The position numbers were made by a program, and so were the translations under genes. 64,000 nt of DNA from Gordius albopunctatus (lineage: Eukaryota). Under the pieces are notes generated by a model. It was given only the letters and a program-made list of their open reading frames with translations, was not told the DNA's origin and searched no databases. Location of the stretch: assembly GCA_964276515.1 (NCBI GenBank), contig OZ193910.1, positions 7,130,001-7,194,000 of the forward strand, read 5' to 3'. Shown here one piece after another: positions 12,301 through 26,600 of this stretch; within the stretch, counting starts at the first letter, position 1; each line of letters begins with the position of its first letter.

Positions 12301-13899
12301 ACAACAAACTAATCGCAACAATATAACGTTGTTTTTTCTCAAAATGATTTTCTCGCAGATTAAAAATTCTTATAAGGAGTCGATCGAGAATAATAGGATT
12401 CTCAAATGAGCTTACTTTTATATATTTTTTCAAGCTCTTTTAGATAAAATAACAAAAAATATATTTTTTCAGGTTAAAATACTTCACAATTTTTTCCTTT
12501 CAACAATATTCAACCGATGAAAGTTTTTATTTTCAGACGTGATTTTAATGATAAAAAGTCAAAATTTATCAGAATTAGAAAACTATTACTTTTAAATCAT
12601 CATCGCATAGAGCATGTTTCAAAGATTAAGCACTCTCGTTGCGATACAACAAACTAATCGCAACAATATAACGTTGTCTTTTCTCAAAATGATAGTTCTC
12701 GCAGCTTGAAACTTCTTATATGGAGTCGATCGAGAAAAATAGGATTCTCAAATGAGCTTACTTTTTTATATTTTTTCAAGCTCTTTTACATAAAATAACA
12801 AAAAATATATTTTTTCAGGTTAAAATAATTCACAATTTTTTCCTTTCAACCATATTCAACCGATGAAAGTTTTTATTTTCAGACGTGATTTCCATGATAA
12901 AAAGTCAAAATTTATCAGAATTAGAGAACTATTACTTTTAAATCATCATCGCATAGAGCATTTTTCAAAGATTAAGCACTCACGTTGCGATACAACAAAC
13001 TAATCGCAACAATATAACGTTGTCTTTTCTCAAAATGATAGTTCTCGCAGCTTGAAACTTCTTATATGGAGTCGATCGAGAAAAATAGGATTCTCAAATG
13101 AGCTTACTTTTTTATATTTTTTCAAGCTCTTTTAGATAAAATAACAAAAAATATATTTTTTCAGGTTAAAATACTTCACAATTTTTTCCTTTCAACAATA
13201 TTCAACCGATGAAAGTTTTTATTTTCAGACGTGATTTCCATGATAAAAAGTCAAAATTTATCAGAATTAGAGAACTATTACTTTTAAATCATCATCGCAT
13301 AGAGCATTTTTCAAAGATTAAGCACTCACGTTGCGATACAACAAACTAATCGCAACAATATAACGTTGTCTTTTCTGAAAATGATAGTTCTCGCAGCTTG
13401 AAACTTCTTATATGGAGTCGATCGAGAAAAATAGGATTCTCAAATGAGCTTACTTTTTTATATTTTTTCAAGCTCTTTTAGATAAAATAACAAAAAATAT
13501 ATTTTTTCAGGTTAAAATACTTCACAATTTTTTCCTTTCAACAATATTCAACCGATGAAAGTTTTTATTTTCAGACGTGATTTCCATGATAAAAATGCAA
13601 AATTTATCAGAATTAGAGAACTATTACTTTTAAATCATCATCGCATAGAGCATTTTTCAAAGATTAAGCACTCACGTTGCGATACAACAAACTAATCGCA
13701 ACAATATAACGTTGTCTTTTCTCAAAATGATAGTTCTCGCAGCTTGAAACTTCTTATATGGAGTCGATCGAGAAAAATAGGATTCTCAAATGAGCTTACT
13801 TTTTTATATTTTTTCAAGCTCTTTTAGATAAAATAACAAAAAATATATTTTTTCAGGTTAAAATACTTCACAATTTTTTCCTTTCAACAATATTCAACC

Positions 13900-15660
13900 G
13901 ATGAAAGTTTTTATTTTCAGACGTGATTTCCATGATAAAAAGTCAAAATTTATCAGAATTAGAGAACTATTACTTTTAAATCATCATCGCATAGAGCATT
14001 TTTCAAAGATTAAGCACTCACGTTGCGATACAACAAACTAATCGCAACAATATAACGTTGTCTTTTCTCAAAATGATAGTTCTCGCAGCTTGAAACTTCT
14101 TATATGGAGTCGATCGAGAAAAATAGGATTCTCAAATGAGCTTACTTTTTTATATTTTTTCAAGCTCTTTTACATAAAATAACAAAAAATATATTTTTCA
14201 GGTTAAAATAATTCACAATTTTTTCCTTTCAACCATATTCAACCGATGAAAGTTTTTATTTTCAGACGTGATTTCCATGATAAAAAGTTAAAATTTATCA
14301 GAATTAGAGAACTATTCCTTTGAAATCATCATCGCATAGAGCATTTTTCAAAAATTAAGCACTCACGTTGCGATACAACAAACTAATCGCAACAATATAA
14401 CGTTGACTTTTCTCAAAATGATTGTTCTCGCAACTTTAAACTTCTTATAAGGAGTCGATCGAGAATAATAGGATTCTCAAATTAGCTTATTTTTATATAT
14501 TTTATCAAGCTCTTTTATATAAAATAATAAAAAATATATTATTTAGCTCCGAATAACTCACAATTTTTTCCATTGAACCATATTCATCCAATGAAAGTTT
14601 TATTATCCGACCTGATTTCCATGATAAAAAGTCAAAATTTATCAGAATTAGAGAACTATTACTTTTAAATCATCATCGCATAGAGCATTTTTCAAAGATT
14701 AAGCACTCACGTTGCGATACAACAAACTAATCGCAACAATATAACGTTGTCTTTTCTCAAAATGATAGTTCTCGCAGCTTGAAACTTCTTATATGGAGTC
14801 GATCGAGAAAAATAGGATTCTCAAATGAGCTTACTTTTTTATATTTTTTCAAGCTCTTTTAGATAAAATAACAAAAAATATATTTTTTCAGGTTAAAATA
14901 CTTCACAATTTTTTCCTTTCAACAATATTCAACCGATGAAAGTTTTTATTTTCAGACGTGATTTCCATGATAAAAAGTCAAAATTTATCAGAATTAGAGA
15001 ACTATTACTTTTAAATCATCATCGCATAGAGCATTTTTCAAAGATTAAGCACTCACGTTGCGATACAACAAACTAATCGCAACAATATAACGTTGTCTTT
15101 TCTCAAAATGATAGTTCTCGCAGCTTGAAACTTCTTATATGGAGTCGATCGAGAAAAATAGGATTCTCAAATGAGCTTACTTTTTTATATTTTTTCAAGC
15201 TCTTTTACATAAAATAACAAAAAATATATTTTTCAGGTTAAAATAATTCACAATTTTTTCCTTTCAACCATATTCAACCGATGAAAGTTTTTATTTTCAG
15301 ACGTGATTTCCATGATAAAAAGTTAAAATTTATCAGAATTAGAGAACTATTCCTTTGAAATCATCATCGCATAGAGCATTTTTCAAAAATTAAGCACTCA
15401 CGTTGCGATACAACAAACTAATCGCAACAATATAACGTTGACTTTTCTCAAAATGATTGTTCTCGCAACTTTAAACTTCTTATAAGGAGTCGATCGAGAA
15501 TAATAGGATTCTCAAATTAGCTTATTTTTATATATTTTATCAAGCTCTTTTATATAAAATAATAAAAAATATATTATTTAGCTCCGAATAACTCACAATT
15601 TTTTCCATTGAACCATATTCATCCAATGAAAGTTTTATTATCCGACCTGATTTCCATGAT
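13900..15660. repeat. Local 3-monomer duplication (period 1,035 bp)
   Basis: Private variants actattcctt at 14311/15346 and tattatccga at 14601/15636. Boundaries approximate. Confidence 0.85.
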
Positions 15661-17474
15661 AAAAAGTTAAAATTTATCAGAATTAGAGAACTATTATTTG
15701 AAATCATTATCGCATAGAGCATGTTTCAAAAATTAAGCAGTCACGTTGCGATACAACAAACTAATCGCAACAATATAACGTTGTCTTTTCTCAAAATGAA
15801 AGTTCTCGCCGCTTGAAACTTCTTATATGGAGTCGATCGAGAATAATAGGATTCTCAAATTAGCTTACTTTTATATATTTTATCAAGCTCTTTTACATAA
15901 AATAACAAAAATTATATTTTTTAGCTCCGAATAATTCACAATTTTTTCCTTTCAAATCATATTCATCCGATGAAAGTTGTTATTTTCAGACGTGATTTCC
16001 ATGATAAAAAGTTAAAATTTATCAGAATTAGAGAACTATTACTTTGAAATCATCATCGCATAGAGAATATTTCAAAAATTAAGCACTCACCTTGCGATAC
16101 AACAAACTAATCGCAACAATATAACGTTGACTTTTCTCAAAATGATTGTTCTCGCAACTTTAAACTTCTTATAAGGAGTCGATCGAGAATAATAGGATTC
16201 TCAAATTAGCTTATTTTTATATATTTTATCAAGCTCTTTTATATAAAATAATAAAAAATATATTATTTAGCTCCGAATAACTCACAATTTTTTCCATTGA
16301 ACCATATTCATCCAATGAAAGTTTTATTTTCCGACCTGATTTCCATGATAAAAAGTTAAAATTTATCAGAATTAGAGAACTATTATTTGAAATCATCATC
16401 GCATAGAGCATGTTTCAAAAATTAAGCAATCACGTTGCGATACAACAAACTAATCGCAACAATATAACGTTGACTTTTCTCAAAATGATTGTTCTCGCAA
16501 CTTTAAACTTCTTATAAGGAGTCGATCGAGAATAATAGGATTCTAAAATTAGCTTATTTTTATATATTTTATCAAGCTCTTTTATATAAAATAATAAAAA
16601 ATATATTATTTAGCTCCGAATAACTCATAATTTTTTCCATTCAACCATATTCATCCAATGAAAGTTTTATTTTCCGACCTGATTTCCATGATAAAAAGTT
16701 AAAATTTATCAGAATTAGAGAACTATTATTTGAAATCATCATCGCATAGAGCATGTTTCAAAAATTAAGCAATCACGTTGCGATACAAAAAACTAATCGC
16801 AACAATATAACGTTGACTTTTCTCAAAATGATTGTTCTCGCAACTATAAACTTCTTATAAGGAGTCGATCGAGAATAATAGGATTCTCAAATTAGCTTAT
16901 TTTTATATATTTTATCAAGCTCTTTTATATAAAATGATAAAAAATATATTATTTAGCTCCGAATAACTCACAATTTTTTCCATTCAACCTTATTCATCCA
17001 ATGAAAGTTTTATTTTCCGACCTGATTTCCATGATAAAAAGTTAAAATTTATCAGAATTAGAGAACTATTACTTTGAAATCATCATCGCATAGAGCATGT
17101 TTCAAAAATTAAGCAGTCACGTTGCGATACAACAAACTAATCGCAACAATATAACGTTGTCTTTTCTCAAAATGAAAGTTCTCGCCGCTTGAAACTTCTT
17201 ATATGGAGTCGATCGAGAATAATAGGATTCTCAAATTAGCTTACTTTTATATATTTTATCAAGCTCTTTTACATAAAATAACAAAAATTATATTTTTTTA
17301 GCTCCGAATAATTCACAATTTTTTCCTTTCAAATCATATTCATCCGATGAAAGTTGTTATTTTCAGACGTGATTTCCATGATAAAAAGTTAAAATTTATC
17401 AGAATTAGAGAACTATTACTTTGAAATCATCATCGATCGCATAGAGCATGTTTCAAAAATTAAGCACTCACGTT

Positions 17475-20400
17475 GCGATACAACAAACTAATCGCAACAA
17501 TATAACGTTGTCTTTTCTCAAAATGATTGTTCTCGCAGCTTAAAAATTCTTATAAGGAGTCGATCGAGAATAATAGGATTCTCAAATGAGCTTACTTTTA
17601 TATATTTTTTCAAAATCTTTTACATAAAATAACAAAAAATATATTTTTTCAGGTTAAAATAATTCACAATTTTTTCCATTCAACCTTATTCATCCAATGA
17701 AAGTTTTATTTTCCGACCTGATTTCCATGATAAAAAGTTAAAATTTATCAGAATTAGAGAACTATTACTTTGAAATCATCATCGCATAGAGCATGTTTCA
17801 AAAATTAAGCAGTCACGTTGCGATACAACAAACTAATCGCAACAATATAACCTTGTCTTTTCTCAAAATGAAAGTTCTCGCCGCTTGAAACTTCTTATAT
17901 GGAGTCGATCGAGAATAATAGGATTCTCAAATTAGCTTACTTTTATATATTTTATCAAGCTCTTTTACATATAATAACAAAAATTATATTTTTTTAGCTC
18001 CGAATAATTCACAATTTTTTCCTTTCAAATCATATTCATCCGATGAAAGTTGTTATTTTCAGACGTGATTTCCATGATAAAAAGTTAAAATTTATCAGAA
18101 TTAGAGAACTATTACTTTGGAATCATCATCGCATAGAGAATGTTTCAAAAATTAAGCACTCACCTTGCGATACAACAAACTAATCGCAACAATATAACGT
18201 TGACTTTTCTCAAAATGATTGTTCTCGCAACTTTAAACTTCTTATAATGAGTCGATCGAGAATAATAGGATTCTCAAATTAGCTTATTTTTATATATTTT
18301 ATCAAGCTCTTTTATATAAAATGATAAAAAATATATTATTTAGCTCCGAATAACTCACAATTTTTTCCATTGAACCATATTCATCCAATGAAAGTTTTAT
18401 TTTCAGACGTGATTTCCATGATAAAAAGTTAAAATTTATCAGAATTAGAGAACTATTACTTTGAAATCATCCTCGCATAGAGCATGTTTCAAAAATTAAG
18501 CACTCACGTTGCGATACAACAAACTAATCGCAACAATATAACGTTGTCTTTTCTCAAAATGATAGTTCTCGCAGCTTGAAACTTCTTATATGGAGTCGAT
18601 CGAGAATAATAGGATTCTCAAATGAGCTTACTTTTAAATATTTTTTCAAGCTCTTTTACATAAAATAACAAAAATTATATTTTTTTAGCTCCGAATAATT
18701 CACAATTTTTTGCTTTCAAATCATATTCATCCGATGAAAGTTGTTATTTTCAGACGTGATTTCCATGATAAAAAGTTAAATTTTATCAGAATTAGAGAAC
18801 TATTACTTTGAAATCATCATCGCATAGAGAATGTTTAAAAAATTAAGCACTCACGTTGCAATACAACAAACTAATCGCAACAATATAACGTTATCTTTTC
18901 TCAAAATGATAGTTCTCGTAGCTTGAAACTTCTTATATGGAGTCGATCGAGAATAATAGGATTCTCAAATGAGCTTACTTCTATATATTTTTTCAAGCTC
19001 TTTTACATAAAATAACAAAAAATATATTTTTTCATGTTAAAATAATTCACAATTTTTTCCTTTCAACCATATTCAACCGATGAAAGTTGTTATTTTCAGA
19101 CGTGATTTCCATGATAAAAAGTCAAAATTTATCAGAATTAGAAAACTATTACTTTGAAATCATCATCGCATAGAGCATGTTTAAATAATTAAGCACTAAC
19201 GTTGCGATACAACAAACTAATCACAACAATATAACGTTGTCTTTTCTCAAAATGATTGTTCTCGCAGCTTAAAACTTCTAATAAGGAGTCGATCGAGAAT
19301 AATAGGATTCTCAAATGAGCTTACTTTTAAATATTTTTTCAAGCTCTTTTACATAAAATAACAAAAATTATATTTTTTTAGCTCCGAATAATTCACAATT
19401 TTTTCCTTTCAAATCATATTCATCCGATGAAAGTTGTTATTTTCAGACGTGATTTCCATGATAAAAAGTTAAAATTTATCAGAATTAGAGAACTATTATT
19501 TGAAATCATCATCGCATAGAGCATGTTTCAAAAATTAAGCAATCACTTTGCGATACAACAAACTAATCGCAACAATATAACGTTGACTTTTCTCAAAATG
19601 ATTGTTCTCGCAACTTTAAACTTCTTATAAGGAGTCGATCGAGAATAATAGGATTCTCAAATGAGCTTACTTTTAAATATTTTTTCAAGCTCTTTTACAT
19701 AAAATAACAAAAATTATATTTTTTTAGCTCCGAATAATTCACAATTTTTTCCTTTCAAATCATATTCATCCGATGAAAGTTGTTATTTTCAGACGTGATT
19801 TCCATGATAAAAAGTTAAAATTTATCAGAATTAGAGAACTATTACTTTGAAATCATCATCGCATAGAGAATGTTTCAAAAATTAAGCACTCACCTTGCGA
19901 TACAACAAACTAATCGCAACAATATAACCTTGACTTTTCTCAAAATGATTGTTCTCGCAACTTTAAACTTCTTATAAGGAGTCGATCGAGAATAATAGGA
20001 TTCTCAAATTAGCTTATTTTTATATATTTTATCAAGCTCTTTTATATAAAATGATAAAAAATATATTATTTAGCTCCGAATAACTCACAATTTTTTCCAT
20101 TGAACCATATTCATCCAATGAAAGTTTTATTTTCAGACGTGATTTCCATGATAAAAAGTTAAAATTTATCAGAATTAGAGAACTATTACTTTGAAATCAT
20201 CCTCGCATAGAGCATGTTTCAAAAATTAAGCACTCACGTTGCGATACAACAAACTAATCGCAACAATATAACGTTGTCTTTTCTCAAAATGATAGTTCTC
20301 GCAGCTTGAAACTTCTTATATGGAGTCGATCGAGAATAATAGGATTCTCAAATGAGCTTACTTTTAAATATTTTTTCAAGCTCTTTTACATAAAATAACA

Positions 20401-22603
20401 AAAATTATATTTTTTTAGCTCCGAATAATTCACAATTTTTTGCTTTCAAATCATATTCATCCGATGAAAGTTGTTATTTTCAGACGTGATTTACATGATA
20501 AAAAGTTAAATTTTATCAGAATTAGAGAACTATTACTTTGAAATCATCATCGCATAGAGAATGTTTCAAAAATTAAGCACTCACGTTGCGATACAACAAA
20601 CTAATCGCAACAATATAACGTTATCTTTTCTCAAAATGATAGTTCTCGTAACTTGAAACTTCTTATATGGAGTCGATCGAGAATAATAGGATTCTCAAAT
20701 GAGCTTACTTTTAAATATTTTTTCAAGCTCTTTTACATAAAATAACAAAAATTATATTTTTTTAGCTCCGAATAATTCACAATTTTTTCCTTTCAAATCA
20801 TATTCATCCGATGAAAGTTGTTATTTTCAGACGTGATTTCCATGATAAAAAGTTAAAATTTATCAGAATTAGAGAACTATTACTTTGAAATCATCATCGC
20901 ATAGAGAATGTTTCAAAAATTAAGCACTCACCTTGCGATACAACAAACTAATCGCAACAATATAACCTTGACTTTTCTCAAAATGATTGTTCTCGCAACT
21001 TTAAACTTCTTATAAGGAGTCGATCGAGAATAATAGGATTCTCAAATTAGCTTATTTTTATATATTTTATCAAGCTCTTTTATATAAAATGATAAAAAAT
21101 ATATTATTTAGCTCCGAATAACTCACAATTTTTTCCATTGAACCATATTCATCCAATGAAAGTTTTATTTTCAGACGTGATTTCCATGATAAAAAGTTAA
21201 AATTTATCAGAATTATAGAACTATTACTTTGAAATCATCCTCGCATAGAGCATGTTTCAAAAATTAAGCACTCACGTTGCGATACAACAAACTAATCGCA
21301 ACAATATAACGTTATCTTTTCTCAAAATGATAGTTCTCGTAGCTTGAAACTTCTAATAAGGAGTCGATCGAGAATAATAGGATTCTCAAATGAGCTTACT
21401 TTTAAATATTTTTTCAAGCTCTTTTACATAAAATAACAAAAATTATATTTTTTTAGCTCCGAATAATTCACAATTTTTTCCTTTCAAATCATATTCATCC
21501 GATGAAAGTTGTTATTTTCAGACGTGATTTCCATGATAAAAAGTTAAAATTTATCAGAATTAGAGAACTATTACTTTGAAATCATCATCGCATAGAGAAT
21601 GTTTCAAAAATTAAGCACTAACGTTGCGATACAACAAACTAATCACAAAATAATAACGTTGTCTTTTCTCAAAATGATTGTTCTCGCAGCTTAAAACTTC
21701 TAATAAGGAGTCGATCGAGAATAATAGGATTCTCAAATGAGCTTACTTTTAAATATTTTTTCAAGCTCTTTTACATAAAATAACAAAAATTATATTTTTT
21801 TAGCTCCGAATAATTCACAATTTTTTCCTTTCAAATCATATTCATCCGATGAAAGTTGTTATTTTCAGACGTGATTTCCATGATAAAAAGTTAAAATTTA
21901 TCAGAATTAGAGAACTATTACTTTGAAATCATCATCGCATAGAGAATGTTTCAAAAATTAAGCACTCACCTTGCGATACAACAAACTAATCGCAACAATA
22001 TAACGTTGACTTTTCTCAAAATGATTGTTCTCGCAACTTTAAACTTCTTATAAGGAGTCGATCGAGAATAATAGGATTCTCAAATTAGCTTATTTTTATA
22101 TATTTTATCAAGCTCTTTTATATAAAATAATAAAAAATATATTATTTAGCTCCGAATAACTCACAATTTTTTCCATTCAACCATATTCATCCAATGAAAG
22201 TTTTATTTTCCGACCTGATTTCCATGATAAAAAGTTAAAATTTATCAGAATTAGAGAACTATTATTTGAAATCATCATCGCATAGAGCATGTTTCAAAAA
22301 TTAAGCAATCACTTTGCGATACAACAAACTAATCGCAACAATATAACGTTGTCTTTTCTCAAAATGATAGTTCTCGCAGCTTGAAACTTCTTATATGGAG
22401 TCGATCAAGAAAAATAGGATTCTCAAATTAGCTTACTTTTATATATTTTTTCAAGCTCTTTTACATAAAATAACAAAAAATATATTTTTTCAGGTTAAAA
22501 TAATTCACAATTTTTTCCTTTCAAACATATTCATCCGATGAAAGTTTTTATTTTCAGACGTGATTTCCATGATAAAAAGTTAAATTTTATCAGAATTAGA
22601 GAA
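17475..22603. repeat. About 15-monomer block, copy 1 (copy 2 lies 17,978 bp downstream)
   Basis: Variants at constant offset 17,978: caaaatcttt 17611/35589, cttataatga 18241/36219, ttcatgttaa 19031/37009, ttaaataatt 19181/37159, aatcacaaaataat 21641/39619. Confidence 0.92.
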
Positions 22604-23660
22604 CTATTACTTTGAAATCATCATCGCATAGAGAATGTTTCAAAAATTAAGCACTCACGTTGCGATACAACAAACTAATCGCAACAATATAACGTTATCT
22701 TTTCTCAAAATGATAGTTCTCGTAACTTGAAACTTCTTATATGGAGTCGATCGAGAATAATAGGATTCTCAAATGAGCTTACTTTTAAATATTTTTTCAA
22801 GCTCTTTTACATAAAATAACAAAAATTATATTTTTTTAGCTCCGAATAATTCACAATTTTTTCCTTTCAAATCATATTCATCCGATGAAAGTTGTTATTT
22901 TCAGACGTGATTTCCATGATAAAAAGTTAAAATTTATCAGAATTAGAGAACTATTACTTTGAAATCATCATCGCATAGAGAATGTTTCAAAAATTAAGCA
23001 CTCACCTTGCGATACAACAAACTAATCGCAACAATATAACCTTGACTTTTCTCAAAATGATTGTTCTCGCAACTTTAAACTTCTTATAAGGAGTCGATCG
23101 AGAATAATAGGATTCTCAAATTAGCTTATTTTTATATATTTTATCAAGCTCTTTTATATAAAATGATAAAAAATATATTATTTAGCTCCGAATAACTCAC
23201 AATTTTTTCCATTGAACCATATTCATCCAATGAAAGTTTTATTTTCAGACGTGATTTCCATGATAAAAAGTTAAAATTTATCAGAATTATAGAACTATTA
23301 CTTTGAAATCATCCTCGCATAGAGCATGTTTCAAAAATTAAGCACTCACGTTGCGATACAACAAACTAATCGCAACAATATAACGTTATCTTTTCTCAAA
23401 ATGATAGTTCTCGTAGCTTGAAACTTCTAATAAGGAGTCGATCGAGAATAATAGGATTCTCAAATGAGCTTACTTTTAAATATTTTTTCAAGCTCTTTTA
23501 CATAAAATAACAAAAATTATATTTTTTTAGCTCAGAATAATTCACAATTTTTTCCTTTCAAATCATATTCATCCGATGAAAGTTGTTATTTTCAGACGTG
23601 ATTTCCATGATAAAAAGTTAAAATTTATCAGAATTAGAGAACTATTACTTTGAAATCATC
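20500..23660. repeat. About 3-monomer segment repeated at a 6-monomer offset (2,074 bp)
   Basis: agttctcgtaac at 20641/22715, tataaccttg at 20961/23035, attatagaa at 21212/23286. Confidence 0.82.
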
Positions 23661-26600
23661 ATCGCATAGAGCATTTTTCAAAAATTAAGGACTCACGTTG
23701 CGATACAACAAACTAATCACAACAATATAACGTTGTCTTTTCTCAAAATGATTGTTCTCGCAGCTTAAAACTTCTAATAAGGAGTCGATCGAGAATAATA
23801 GGATTCTCAAATGAGCTTACTTTTATATATTTTATCAAGCTCTTTTACATAAAATAACAAAAATTATATTTTTTTAGCTCCGAATAATTCACAATTTTTT
23901 CCTTTCAAATCATATTCATCCGATGAAAGTTGTTATTTTCAGACGTGATTTCCATGATAAAAAGTTAAAATTTATCAGAATTAGAGAACTATTACTTTGA
24001 AATCATCATCGCATAGAGAATGTTTCAAAAATTAAGCACTCACCTTGCGATACAACAAACTAATCGCAACAATATAACGTTAACTTTTCTCAAAATGATT
24101 GTTCTCGCAACTTTAAACTTCTTATAAGGAGTCGATCGAGAATAATAGGATTCTCAAATTAGCTTATTTTTATATATTTTATCAAGCTCTTTTATATAAA
24201 ATAATAAAAAATATATTATTTAGCTCCGAATAACTCACAATTTTTTCCATTCAACCATATTCATCCAATGAAAGTTTTATTTTCCGACCTGATTTCCATG
24301 ATAAAAAGTTAAAATTTATCAGAATTAGAGAACTATTATTTAAAATCATCATCGCATAGAGGATGTTTCAAAAATTAAGCAATCACTTTGCGATACAACA
24401 AACTAATCGCAACAATATAACGTTGTCTTTTCTCAAAATGATAGTTCTCGCAGCTTGAAACTTCTTATATGGAGTCGATCAAGAAAAATAGGATTCTCAA
24501 ATTAGCTTACTTTTATATATTTTTTCAAGCTCTTTTACATAAAATAACAAAAAATATATTTTTTCAGGTTAAAATAATTCACAATTTTTTCCTTTCAAAC
24601 ATATTCATCCGATGAAAGTTTTTATTTTCAGACGTGATTTCCATGATAAAAAGTTAAATTTTATCAGAATTAGAGAACTATTACTTTGAAATCATCCTCG
24701 CATAGAGCATGTTTCAAAAATTAAGCACTCACGTTGCGATACAACAAACTAATCGCAACAATATAACGTTGACTTTTCTCAAAATGATTGTTCTCGCAAC
24801 TTTAAACTTCTTATAAGGAGTCGATCGAGAATAATATGATTCTCGAATTAGCTTATTTTTATATATTTTATCAAGCTCTTTTATATAAAATAATAAAAAA
24901 TATATTATTTAGCTCCGTATAACTCACAATTTTTTCCATTCAACCATATTCATCCAATGAAAGTTTTATTTTCAGACGTGATTTCCATGATAAAAAGTTA
25001 AAATTTATCAGAATTAGAGAACTATTACTTTGAAATCATCCTCGCATAGAGCATGTTTCAAAAATTAAGCACTCACGTTGCGATACAACAAACTAATCGC
25101 AACAATATAACGTTGACTTTTCTCAAAATGATTGTTCTCGCAACTTTAAACTTCTTATAAGGAGTCGATCGAGAATAATAGGATTCTCAAATGAGCTTAC
25201 TTTTAAATATTTTTTCAAGCTCTTTTACATAAAATAACAAAAATTATATTTTTTTAGCTCCGAATAATTCACAATTTTTTCCTTTCAAACATATTCATCC
25301 GATGAAAGTTTTTATTTTCAGACGTGATTTCCATGATAAAAAGTTAAATTTTATCAGAATTAGAGAAATATTACTTTGAAATCATCCTCGCATAGAGCAT
25401 GTTTCAAAAATTAAGCACTCACGTTGCGATACAACAAACTAATCGCAACAATATAACGTTGACTTTTCTCAAAATGATTGTTCTCGCAACTTTAAACTTC
25501 TTATAAGGAGTCGATCGAGAATAATAGGATTCTCAAATTAGCTTATTTTTATATATTTTATCAAGCTCTTTTATATAAAATAATAAAAAATATATTATTT
25601 AGCTCCGTATAACTCACAATTTTTTCCATTCAACCATATTCATCCAATGAAAGTTTTATTTTCAGACGTGATTTCCATGATAAAAAGTTAAAATTTATCA
25701 GAATTAGAGAACTATTACTTTGAAATCATCCTCGCATAGAGCATGTTTCAAAAATTAAGCACTCACGTTGCGATACAACAAACTAATCGCAACAATATAA
25801 CGTTGACTTTTCTCAAAATGATTGTTCTCGCAACTTTAAACTTCTTATAAGGAGTCGATCGAGAATAATAGGATTCTCAAATGAGCTTACTTTTAAATAT
25901 TTTTTCAAGCTCTTTTACATAAAATAACAAAAATTATATTTTTTTAGCTCCGAATAATTCACAATTTTTTCCTTTCAAATCATATTCATCCGATGAAGGT
26001 TGTTATTTTCAGACGTGATTTCCATGATAAAAAGTTAAAATTTATCAGAATTAGAGAACTATTACTTTGAAATCATCATCGCATAGAGAATGTTTCAAAA
26101 ATTAAGCACTCACCTTGCGATACAACAAACTAATCGCAACAATATAACGTTGACTTTTCTCAAAATGATTGTTCTCGCAACTTTAAACTTCTTATAAGGA
26201 GTCGATCGAGAATAATAGGATTCTCAAATTAGCTTATTTTTATATATTTTATCAAGCTCTTTTATATAAAATAATAAAAAATATATTATTTAGCTCCGAA
26301 TAACTCACAATTTTTTCCATTCAACCATATTCATCCAATGAAAGTTTTATTTTCCGACCTGATTTCCATGATAAAAAGTTAAAATTTATCAGAATTAGAG
26401 AACTATTACTTTGAAATCATCCTCGCATAGAGCATGTTTCAAAAATTAAGCACTCACGTTGCGATACAACAAACTAATCGCAACAATATAACGTTGACTT
26501 TTCTCAAAATGATTGTTCTCGCAACTTTAAACTTCTTATAAGGAGTCGATCGAGAATAATAGGATTCTCAAATGAGCTTACTTTTAAATATTTTTTCAAG

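Noticed and set aside
12088..16411. Three 60-aa minus-strand ORFs (MLYAM...)
   Set aside because: At the length threshold and dependent on a few variants that remove stop codons; no support for coding.
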